From a virus (taxonomy: Duplodnaviria > Caudoviricetes): a stretch of DNA of 24,218 nucleotides. Where the stretch lies: positions 1-24,218 of IMG/VR virus record IMGVR_UViG_3300017903_000272. One strand, written 5' to 3'. Position numbers and translations under genes: made by a program. The notes under the pieces are model-generated. The model did not search any database, was not told where the DNA came from, and saw only the letters and a program-made list of their open reading frames with translations. This document shows positions 1 through 7,336 of this stretch, piece by piece (the stretch's first letter is position 1; every line of letters begins with the position of its first letter).

Positions 1-13
1 GAGGGAGAGAAGG

Positions 14-214
14 ATGAATGAGCTACCAGATTACTTTGCCATCGCAGCAAAGATTATAGAGCGTGCAGAGCGCGGTTTACCGCAAGACCGATGGATGCGC
101 GGGGATCACGAAATGGAAGCCCTTGTTCGTGCTTATATCGCCTTGCTGCACACATGTGAAACAATGCACCACGACATGATACAGCGCGGAACTGACGCAA
201 TGGACATTAGCTAA
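14..214 (+). CDS. Small hypothetical phage protein (66 aa)
   Basis: ORF with purine-rich AGGGAG upstream (2-7); co-oriented with the next two small genes; no recognisable motif. Confidence 0.65.
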   Translation: MNELPDYFAIAAKIIERAERGLPQDRWMRGDHEMEALVRAYIALLHTCETMHHDMIQRGTDAMDIS

Positions 215-263
215 TCTGCACAAAACCTTGTAGACTGGCGGGAGCCAACACAAGGAGTGCAGC

Positions 264-452
264 ATGCAGACTTTCGTGAAAATCGACATGGATGACGATA
301 TTGAAAGCACAAGCGAGGAAGTCGATGCGCTTCTGGACTACATGGATGAGCGTGTAGAGCTTGGATCACAGCCAGAGGAAGTCATGGCTGCAATCATTGT
401 TGTGCTTGCGCTTATGTCAGGTGAGAGCGAGGGTGCAGAGATGCTGCACTAG
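264..452 (+). CDS. Small acidic hypothetical protein (62 aa)
   Basis: Strong SD AAGGAG shortly upstream of the ATG; acidic helical protein. Confidence 0.7.
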   Translation: MQTFVKIDMDDDIESTSEEVDALLDYMDERVELGSQPEEVMAAIIVVLALMSGESEGAEMLH

Positions 453-506
453 CATACCGAAAATGCTGCATCTGCATAACTCACGTTACATGCAGTGTGC
501 TATGGT
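433..506 (+). promoter_or_regulatory. Putative promoter/operator of the DUF1127 gene, with stacked GCAT/ATGC-type dyads
   Basis: Inverted repeats GTGCAG-N5-CTGCAC (433-449), AGCAT-N7-ATGCT (451-467) and CTGCAT-N12-ATGCAG (472-495), followed by a -10-like TGTGC-TATGGT (496-506). Confidence 0.45.
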
Positions 507-533
507 CATCCCGCACTAAACTGAGGGATGACC

Positions 534-710
534 ATGTTACAAGCACTGAAAAAGTTTTATCACACTATCTTAGAAAATCGCCAACGAGAGGCGGATCGTC
601 GGATCGCCGCGATGCAGCTTCATCGGATGACTGACCGCGAGTTGCGCGATTTGAATATTTCTCGCTTCGAGATTGACCGCGTCGTGAGAACGGGCCGCCT
701 AGTAGATTAA
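534..710 (+). CDS. DUF1127 (YjiS-like) small Arg-rich protein
   Basis: Motif RQREADRR...QLHRMTDRELRDLNISRFEI matches the DUF1127 pattern LxxLxDRxLxDIG(L/I)xRxxI. GAGGG at 523-527 favours ATG 534 over ATG 528. Confidence 0.85.
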   Translation: MLQALKKFYHTILENRQREADRRIAAMQLHRMTDRELRDLNISRFEIDRVVRTGRLVD

Positions 711-1032
711 ACAAGGCCATACCCATAGCTTGCGGCGTGGGCAGCAGCCACCCTGCTAGAAGCAATAAGAGTATCCAAGGCGGGATATTTGTTTTGTTGA
801 CTTGGATACTCTCTACACTTTTTGTTTCGATTTCTTTCAGTGTTTCAGTCTGAATGATGTCTCGCCCAGCGCTCGTCGTTTGCTCCTGCGCTACTATCTT
901 CTGCTCGACTTCCCTCGCCACGTTGGTGCCGATTGGGGTCACGCTCACTCCACCAGATGGCGACAGCAAAGATGGCAACCCAGAGCAGCCCGATACCAAC
1001 AAGGCCAAAGTTATAGCCGCTAGGCGCTTCAT
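565..1032 (-). CDS. Putative unimolecular spanin (T1 gp11-like lipoprotein)
   Basis: N-terminal lipobox MKRLAAITLALLVSG/C, a periplasmic stretch, then a C-terminal TM segment IPPWILLLLLAGWLLPTP; ATGA-coupled to the endolysin stop. Confidence 0.75.
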   Translation of the reverse strand: MKRLAAITLALLVSGCSGLPSLLSPSGGVSVTPIGTNVAREVEQKIVAQEQTTSAGRDIIQTETLKEIETKSVESIQVNKTNIPPWILLLLLAGWLLPTPQAMGMALFNLLGGPFSRRGQSRSEKYSNRATRGQSSDEAASRRSDDPPLVGDFLR

Positions 1033-1466
1033 CCATTTAGCCAGTCCTGCACGTCAAAGCAGGGACACGCTTTTGCGCTCACTTCGTTATGACCAAACAC
1101 GTCATCTTCTTCGATGTCGTAATCATCGCACAAGTCATCAATCAAGTCGCGCAGCGCTTCGTCTTGTGCTTCGGTGAAGTTCTCAAAAAAGTCATCGTCT
1201 TGCGCGCCGCCGTGACCACCAAGGACGCAGATCGCAATACTGCCCTTGTTGTGACCTCTTTGTGCGGCTGGCGTGCGCTCTACTGGGCGACCTTCTACAA
1301 CAGTTCCACATCTTCCGATGACGTAATTGTAACCAATGTCTGACCATCCGCGATCCTCAGTATGCCAACGCTTAATCTCTGCTGTCTGTTCTTCTGCTGT
1401 CTTACCAGCCCACCAGTTTGGCCGCGTTGCACTGCAATGCACGAAAATTTTATCAATCGCTCTCAT
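1029..1466 (-). CDS. Endolysin, N-acetylmuramoyl-L-alanine amidase (Amidase_2, T7 lysozyme-like)
   Basis: Motifs IFVHCSAT, WHTEDRGWSDIGY, GHNE and KACPCFDV supply the Zn ligands H, H, C and the catalytic Y and K of T7 gp3.5. Confidence 0.95.
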   Translation of the reverse strand: MRAIDKIFVHCSATRPNWWAGKTAEEQTAEIKRWHTEDRGWSDIGYNYVIGRCGTVVEGRPVERTPAAQRGHNKGSIAICVLGGHGGAQDDDFFENFTEAQDEALRDLIDDLCDDYDIEEDDVFGHNEVSAKACPCFDVQDWLNG

Positions 1467-1675
1467 TTTTTAGCTCCTGCTGAAAATCCAAAGTAAGCGC
1501 CGACCACCGCCGACAGTGATCCGTACATCATCATCAACACTGCGCTGGCTTCATTCATGCGCGCAGGGTCAAGGATAACTGCGAATGTAGATATAATCAT
1601 CATCATCAAACAAGCCCACGTCATGCGGCGCTTGTTGGTTTGGTAGGCTTCCTTGTCTGGTATTAGCTCATTCAC
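1463..1675 (-). CDS. Putative holin (2 TM, 70 aa)
   Basis: Basic KRR before TM1, two hydrophobic helices, C-terminal GAYFGFS; directly upstream of the amidase with a 4-nt overlap; GTG start with GGAG SD at 1684-1687. Confidence 0.7.
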   Translation of the reverse strand: MNELIPDKEAYQTNKRRMTWACLMMMIISTFAVILDPARMNEASAVLMMMYGSLSAVVGAYFGFSAGAKK

Positions 1676-1755
1676 TTGTAATGCTCCGCTATCCTTTTGT
1701 TCGAGGTGATTATAACCACTTTGCCGTTTTTATCCAAAACTGTGTATTTTACCAC
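1672..1755 (-). CDS. Micro-protein, 27 aa (MVKYTVLDKNGKVVIITSNKRIAEHYK)
   Basis: Translated by hand. The GTG start lies just inside the end of the upstream gene and the TGA stop overlaps the holin GTG (GTGA), so it fills the gap exactly. Confidence 0.55.
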   Translation of the reverse strand: MVKYTVLDKNGKVVIITSNKRIAEHYK

Positions 1756-2216
1756 TTTCCCATGTAGACACCTAAATAATAAATCCCAATGACGCAGGCA
1801 GTAAACGCAAGAATAATCCCAGTAGCGACTTGGATTTTCTCCATCATTTCTTCTTGTCTTTTTTCTGCTGCTTTTCGCGCAGCTTGGCGCTGTTTTCGCG
1901 CCTCATTTTGCCACTGGATCCACCTATCCCATTGGCCAGGTTGCCCATACAAACGGATATGTGACTCTAATTCTTTACGTTTTTCTTTAATGTTTTCAAG
2001 GGCTTGGAACTCTTCCCAATCGCCTTCCTCACCCCCGGTTATCGCCGTGAGCGGGTTATTTTTCTTCTTTTGTACGGCTTGTTTTATATCTTCTTCGGCG
2101 GTGAGAAACTTGCCTACAGCCCCAATAACGCCCGCAGTTTCTTTACCATTACCAATAGCAGTCTTGATAATCGAATAAGCGGCGTTCGCAGCGGCAATGC
2201 TCTCCAGAATAGCCAT
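1749..2216 (-). CDS. Hypothetical membrane-anchored protein (coiled coil plus C-terminal TM)
   Basis: Helical, charged body; C-terminal hydrophobic segment ATGIILAFTACVIGIYYLGVY; lies in the operon before the holin. Confidence 0.75.
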   Translation of the reverse strand: MAILESIAAANAAYSIIKTAIGNGKETAGVIGAVGKFLTAEEDIKQAVQKKKNNPLTAITGGEEGDWEEFQALENIKEKRKELESHIRLYGQPGQWDRWIQWQNEARKQRQAARKAAEKRQEEMMEKIQVATGIILAFTACVIGIYYLGVYMGKW

Positions 2217-2217
2217 G

Positions 2218-2448
2218 TCATTTTTCCGCCATCTTCTCTAATGTCAGGCGAATTTGCTGGATGTTTTCATCTATACGGGCTGACATGATCGCCTGAGTTT
2301 GTGTTGTATCTTCTAACTTTTGGATCATAATTTCATGGCGCGCTATGTTGCGGGTGTTTTCATCTACACTTGACGCCATAGTGGACACATACCACACGAC
2401 GCCTACGGCTTGAGCGAACACTGCAACAACAACGCCAATCTTTTCCAT
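2218..2448 (-). CDS. Small membrane protein (N-terminal TM plus coiled coil), lysis-region/holin-like
   Basis: Hydrophobic IGVVVAVFAQAVGVVWYVS followed by a heptad-rich segment; 1-nt overlap with the upstream gene. Confidence 0.7.
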   Translation of the reverse strand: MEKIGVVVAVFAQAVGVVWYVSTMASSVDENTRNIARHEIMIQKLEDTTQTQAIMSARIDENIQQIRLTLEKMAEK

Positions 2449-2750
2449 CAGTATTTACCTTCCCATACTCGTAAGGCTGAAAATTCGCTACTCATTAACT
2501 TCTTTTTTATCACATCTTTGACGGCTTGTGTATCCGTCCAGGCTACCCCAGCCTCTTTTAACCAGTTTGCCAGCATCGCCATATCGACATTGCCGACGTG
2601 CTTGTAGTCTGATGCGAATGCGTTTGGCGCAAGCTCACGCGCTTGGGCCGCATCCTTTAGTGCGGCTGTCGCGTCGTGCGTTTTCTTGATGATAATTTTA
2701 TCATCTTCAAACTTGATGGTTTCTTTAATTTTAGTTGAGGTGTTTGCCAT
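2448..2750 (-). CDS. Phage hypothetical protein following the capsid genes (100 aa)
   Basis: Likely start MANTSTK at 2750, overlapping the upstream gene; ...HVGNVD...WLKEAGV...LRVWEG pattern that I associate with post-capsid genes of SU10-MCP podoviruses. Confidence 0.75.
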   Translation of the reverse strand: MANTSTKIKETIKFEDDKIIIKKTHDATAALKDAAQARELAPNAFASDYKHVGNVDMAMLANWLKEAGVAWTDTQAVKDVIKKKLMSSEFSALRVWEGKY

Positions 2751-3012
2751 CTTCCCAAGCCTCATTGATGTCAGGTGTTGATGGATCATCGCCTTTTAGT
2801 GTGCCGTCTGCTTTTCTGGCGCGCTTACGCCTCACAGGCGCTTTTTTCTTTGGCGCTGGTTTCTCCAATGGCAACTCAGGTAAAATTTCTAGTGCGCGTG
2901 GCTTAGTCGTCAGGATGCGACGCACCTCTTCTTCCGGCAGATCCACAATATCACCAGCCGTGACGCGACCTTTGCATGTAGACATGCTGCGGTATGTAAC
3001 TAAAACTCTCAT
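2731..3012 (-). CDS. Small basic protein with RAR...DDPSTPDINEAW tail
   Basis: SD GAGGGAG upstream; N-terminal GDIVDLPEEE domain, Lys/Arg-rich linker and a motif-like tail. Confidence 0.75.
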   Translation of the reverse strand: MRVLVTYRSMSTCKGRVTAGDIVDLPEEEVRRILTTKPRALEILPELPLEKPAPKKKAPVRRKRARKADGTLKGDDPSTPDINEAWEDGKHLN

Positions 3013-3025
3013 TTTGCTCCCTCAT

Positions 3026-3060
3026 ATAAAAAGAGAGTGAGGGCGTTAACCGCCCCCACC
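3026..3060 (-). terminator. Rho-independent terminator after the major capsid gene
   Basis: Minus strand GTGGGGGCG-GTTAA-CGCCCTCAC (9-bp stem, one G-U pair) followed by TCTCTTTTTAT, a few nt after the capsid stop. Confidence 0.75.
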
Positions 3061-3067
3061 TTTGACG

Positions 3068-4021
3068 TTATGACGTTGTGTTATCAAACACGCCGCCATT
3101 TGCAGCTTCGTTCTTCGCACACAATGTCAATTCTGTTACGACTTGACGTTTAGTCGCGTCACCAGTTTTCGCCAACTCAATGTTTTTAGTTGGACGCAGT
3201 GTCGCAACTTCCCACATATCGTCTTGGATTATTAGAACGTCCCGCGAACGGTTCTCCCTACTAGGTAGGAACTCAACGGTACCCCACGGGGTGACGTACA
3301 CCGCCAGTGATTTGATCACACGCTCGTCGCCCGCTTGCACGTTTGAACGCTGGTTATTGTTTCCAGAAAATGCGAGGGCTTTGTTCATTTGGAATGCCGA
3401 CAAATATACCGTGTCGGGGTTCCCTCCATTCACCCAAATTGACTGCATTACGCTGTCAAAACGTGTTTGGTCAAACGCTTGAAGAGTTGTTGTCTCATCA
3501 GTACGTGTGTCTGTACCATCACCAGTTGGGTCTGCACCTTCATTGTCACCAAAGTCAGTGTTTGATGTCAACCAAGCTGGTACACCCGCCAACTCACGCG
3601 CTGAACCGTTTGTGTTCACTTTTGCGTTAGAGTCAAAAAGCGCCTTTTCAATATCGAGCTTTTGCTCTTTGGCGATTTTTAAGGTGGTATATGCGATCTC
3701 AGACGCACGACCAGCTTTATCCAACCCTTCATCGGTATCCGCAATAACAACGGCGTTCTTGAAAATTTGGGTTGCATTGTTCAGACGTACTGTCGCAGTG
3801 ACACTATCGAATGAAGTTTCATCCCCCTCCAAGTGAGCGTTTGCCGCACTTGAACGCAAAGAATCAGTTTGCCATTCTACCAAAGTGTTGCGCGCAGTTG
3901 TCTTGCGACACTTCGTATAAAATGGGGTGGATTCAGGTGAAATATTTGTGATGATATCTGACAAATCTTCACGAATGCCTACTGCATCGTAACTGTCAAA
4001 TGTTCCGCTTACTTGTGCCAT
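3068..4021 (-). CDS. Major capsid protein (SU10/DUF5309-type, HK97 fold)
   Basis: REDLSDIITNISPESTPF, EWQTDSL, NxTQIF, ELAKTGD motifs; follows the scaffold; SD AGGAG; followed by a terminator. Confidence 0.92.
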   Translation of the reverse strand: MAQVSGTFDSYDAVGIREDLSDIITNISPESTPFYTKCRKTTARNTLVEWQTDSLRSSAANAHLEGDETSFDSVTATVRLNNATQIFKNAVVIADTDEGLDKAGRASEIAYTTLKIAKEQKLDIEKALFDSNAKVNTNGSARELAGVPAWLTSNTDFGDNEGADPTGDGTDTRTDETTTLQAFDQTRFDSVMQSIWVNGGNPDTVYLSAFQMNKALAFSGNNNQRSNVQAGDERVIKSLAVYVTPWGTVEFLPSRENRSRDVLIIQDDMWEVATLRPTKNIELAKTGDATKRQVVTELTLCAKNEAANGGVFDNTTS

Positions 4022-4030
4022 GATTTACTC

Positions 4031-5002
4031 CTAAGGCTTTAACATTAGACTGAGGGCGTCCTCAATCCGACCAGATTTACGGAGCTTCTGCTCCTGTTTC
4101 TTTCTAGCCGCAGACTGACCTTCGCTTGCTCTACGCTTGGCGCCAGCCTTTACAACTGTTTTTGCTGGTTCACCTCGAGTTGCCGCACGCTTCTTATCCT
4201 GCAAACGGCGCCATTTCATAGCGTCGTTCAAAGCCCGTACATACCGGGCGTCAGTCACACCTTGAATTTCAGCTTCACTGAAACCGTAGTGAGTGCCAGT
4301 TTTAACTAGATCAGCCTTGAGCGCGTCACCCTTTTCGGGATCTGCGATGTCAGGGATGTGCTGTTTTAAAACTTCAGCTTGCTGCGCCAGAAACTGCATT
4401 CTCTGCTGCTCTGTCGCCGCCTGCTGTTGGCGTTGAAGTTGCTGCACTTGTAGAACCTGGGCATCGTATTGCTGCTTGGCCTCGTCGTACTTAATCTTCT
4501 GCTCCATATACCCAATTGGGTCTTTATCGAACAGCTCAGTCGTCGGGGGTACAGGCGGCGTGACGCCAACTTGTTGTGCTTGCTGGTACATGCGCAAAAC
4601 TTGCTGTTGTTGCTGCGCTAGTTGCTGGGCTTGCTCTTTATACTGTTTTTCAACTTGAGCAATCTCCTGCATACGCTGATTGATGTACCCCTGTCCGGCG
4701 GCAGATTGTTTCAACTGGTCAAGTGTCCACATCTCTTCTTTGCCGTTAACTTTAACGGGGATGAGATTGGTTTCCTCAGGAACCTCTGCTTCGATTTCAG
4801 TGTCATCTAATTCAACGTCGTCGTAGTCCACGTCATCGTCATAGCTCTCTGCTTCCAGAGTTGGCTCTTCGGGTTCAGTGTCCTCAATAACAACCTCTTC
4901 AGCTTCCGCCTCAACCTCAACGGCTTCGGGCTCTGCTTCCGGCTGCTCTGGCGGTGCAGTCATTAACTTTACCGCTTCCTCAATAGTAGTCGCATTTTCC
5001 AC
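4031..5002 (-). CDS. Capsid scaffolding protein
   Basis: Acidic N-terminus, VKVNGKEEMWTLDQL motif, Q-rich coiled coils, C-terminal LRKSGRIEDA helix; directly upstream of the MCP; GTG start. Confidence 0.85.
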   Translation of the reverse strand: MENATTIEEAVKLMTAPPEQPEAEPEAVEVEAEAEEVVIEDTEPEEPTLEAESYDDDVDYDDVELDDTEIEAEVPEETNLIPVKVNGKEEMWTLDQLKQSAAGQGYINQRMQEIAQVEKQYKEQAQQLAQQQQQVLRMYQQAQQVGVTPPVPPTTELFDKDPIGYMEQKIKYDEAKQQYDAQVLQVQQLQRQQQAATEQQRMQFLAQQAEVLKQHIPDIADPEKGDALKADLVKTGTHYGFSEAEIQGVTDARYVRALNDAMKWRRLQDKKRAATRGEPAKTVVKAGAKRRASEGQSAARKKQEQKLRKSGRIEDALSLMLKP

Positions 5003-5006
5003 GGTG

Positions 5007-5249
5007 CTACTTCCTTTGTTTTCGGTCTAACAGTGTCTCTGCCGCTATTACGGCGTCGAGGTACACTTCGACCGCGTTTAACGCGCGCAGGATTGCGTGC
5101 GCCTCTTCTCGCACCTCAGATTGCTCCTTGGTGCTGTTGGCAAATATGCTCATCTGAGCTTGCCGAACCTCTTCGAAAAACTGCGTGAACGCAGTATCTT
5201 CTTTTAACCTTTTTGCGTCATCCGCCTTGACGCGTACTGATGTACTCAT
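5007..5249 (-). CDS. Small helical protein between portal and scaffold
   Basis: AKRLKEDTAF...REEAH pattern; coupled to the portal stop. Confidence 0.75.
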   Translation of the reverse strand: MSTSVRVKADDAKRLKEDTAFTQFFEEVRQAQMSIFANSTKEQSEVREEAHAILRALNAVEVYLDAVIAAETLLDRKQRK

Positions 5250-7327
5250 TGTCTACCCTGCGCGATGTTTGCGACCTGACGTACTTTATCTTGTTCTGCC
5301 TTGATGCGCGCCACGTCAACATTAGTTCCGTACTGACCCGCAATTTTAGCTGCATCCACCAATAGATCCTGTGCCATCTGGTCACGTTTTAGATCGTTGT
5401 CTGCCGCTGCTTTCTGTGCTTCAAATTGCAGCTTCGCCATATCTGTTTGCATTTTAGCCTGAGCTTTCATTTGCTCTGCCTGCAAAATCGCCGCGTTAGG
5501 ATCAGGCATTGGCTGCTGTTGCGCCTGAGCTTGTGCCTGTTGCGCTTGCTGCATCATCTGCTGTTCTGCTTCCGGCGTCATTGGCGCAAAGTAGCGTTCC
5601 GCGTTTCTGATGCCTGACGCTGCCAAGATATCCGCCAAAGTGTTGCGGATGTTTGTAAGTGAAACCAGACCGTTTGTCGCGCCGTACTGCTGGTAAACTT
5701 GCTGCTGGATTTGCAACATACCGTTCAACGCTGCGGCTTTCTCCTGCTCACGTCCGGTGCCTAGCCCGACGTTAATTTGCACGTCCATTTCAGAATTCCA
5801 CACGTCAGGGCGAACTGGGATGTACTGACCGTTGAGCTGCATCAACTGCTCTTCGTCTACATTCTTGACGTGCAGTTTTAACATCAACGCAAATAGTTGA
5901 CGCATACCTTCCGCTAGATTCCGAACCATCACCTCAACTTGCGCAGCCGCTGCGTCTACCGTCGCCTGTACGCCCGCCGCAGTGGTGGACTGCATCGCAT
6001 TCGGGTTCAGTGCGACGTTTTGTGATACACCTGTTTTCTGCTCAACTAGGGCGTCCATGTACTGCAATGCGCCAAGTGTTTGGCCCGCCGTAAATGGCAC
6101 GGCTAAATCTTGGATCGCCCCAGCCTGACGCATACGCACAATGGCGCCAATTTCGTTGTTAAGCACGTCGTCAATATTAACCGCGCCATCGACGATCCCG
6201 ATACGTGGGTTATTCGTCATGGCGACGTTATCGAGGATCCCACGAATAATCGCTGTGCTTGCGTCCTGGTCATCCATGATTAACTCTGCAAGCGAACGCC
6301 CGTACATTGTGTGCGGCTCTGGGTCTACCTCAAACACCGCAAACGGAATCTCGTCAACCAATTCGTAGTCCAACAATTTGTACTTGCTGCCGCCACAGAT
6401 AAATTTATGCAGAGTTGGCACGCCTGTACCCTCTACATCTAAACGCATGTAGGCTTCAGTGATCGCCACATTGCGCATTGCGGGGTCACCGGACTGATCC
6501 TCATAATCGTCTTGACTGTAGCCCCGGCGCTCGATGTCCTCTGCCTCGCTAATATCTGACGCGCCGTACAAGCTATCCAAGTCGTAAACTTGCTCAAACG
6601 GGTAACCCATTGCCACCAAGTCACCAACACGCATTTCTGTGCGGTGCGCAATCACGTATGCGTCCTGCAAATTACGGGCTTGTGAGTTAAAAAATATTTC
6701 TTCCGGCGGCACGCTCTCAATACGCAACGCACCCTCCGGGGTAACCCGGCTAACTTTCAAGTCATATGACGGCAGCTCCACCTCCGCGCCTGTTTGGTCA
6801 ACGGTGATGCTGGATGTCATTGTCTCTTCGATCAATGAAATGTCTAGCTCGTTCAGAAGTGCGTCACGCTCCTCCTGAGTTAGCCCGGTGATCGTGTAAG
6901 TTTCGCTGTTATATCTTGTTTCCCAGTATGCCTTTACGACGCCTTGTTTTTTGATAAGAGCGTCGTGGAATGCGTCATTAAGAACGCGGAAACCGTTGTT
7001 CTTTTGGAACACGTAGTGCATGTAATCTGACGCCTGCTCCGCAAACGCTACATCCTCTGGGCCTTTCGGGATAAACTCCACCGGGCGTGCAGTAGACATA
7101 AACACACGCATCAGGCTTGGCTTCACCGCACGTACGGTATCACGTACTTTTGTGGCGACAACGCTGGATCTGCCATCCTCGTACCCAATGTCAACTTCGC
7201 CGTCAAAGTAGCGCTGGGCCTTGATGCGTTCGTGCGTTATTTCGCTTTCAACAAAATCAACAGCCTGGGCAATCGCGTCTTGCACGATACCCTCAATTTC
7301 GGTGAAACTCTTTTCTTTAGGTTCCAT
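5246..7327 (-). CDS. Portal protein (P22 gp1/SU10-type)
   Basis: 693 aa; GRSSVV, DALIKKQGVVK, RIESVPPEEIFF, PHTMYGRSLAE and NVGLGTG motifs; Q-rich helical C-terminal barrel. Confidence 0.92.
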   Translation of the reverse strand: MEPKEKSFTEIEGIVQDAIAQAVDFVESEITHERIKAQRYFDGEVDIGYEDGRSSVVATKVRDTVRAVKPSLMRVFMSTARPVEFIPKGPEDVAFAEQASDYMHYVFQKNNGFRVLNDAFHDALIKKQGVVKAYWETRYNSETYTITGLTQEERDALLNELDISLIEETMTSSITVDQTGAEVELPSYDLKVSRVTPEGALRIESVPPEEIFFNSQARNLQDAYVIAHRTEMRVGDLVAMGYPFEQVYDLDSLYGASDISEAEDIERRGYSQDDYEDQSGDPAMRNVAITEAYMRLDVEGTGVPTLHKFICGGSKYKLLDYELVDEIPFAVFEVDPEPHTMYGRSLAELIMDDQDASTAIIRGILDNVAMTNNPRIGIVDGAVNIDDVLNNEIGAIVRMRQAGAIQDLAVPFTAGQTLGALQYMDALVEQKTGVSQNVALNPNAMQSTTAAGVQATVDAAAAQVEVMVRNLAEGMRQLFALMLKLHVKNVDEEQLMQLNGQYIPVRPDVWNSEMDVQINVGLGTGREQEKAAALNGMLQIQQQVYQQYGATNGLVSLTNIRNTLADILAASGIRNAERYFAPMTPEAEQQMMQQAQQAQAQAQQQPMPDPNAAILQAEQMKAQAKMQTDMAKLQFEAQKAAADNDLKRDQMAQDLLVDAAKIAGQYGTNVDVARIKAEQDKVRQVANIAQGRQ

Positions 7328-7336
7328 GTTTTATCC

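Noticed and set aside
208-236. Possible promoter (-10 TAGACT at 231-236) before the 264 gene
   Set aside because: The -35 region is a poor match; too weak to call.
2751-2789. Longer 113-aa version of the 2448 ORF
   Set aside because: The extension lies deep in the upstream gene; MANTSTK at 2750 is more plausible.
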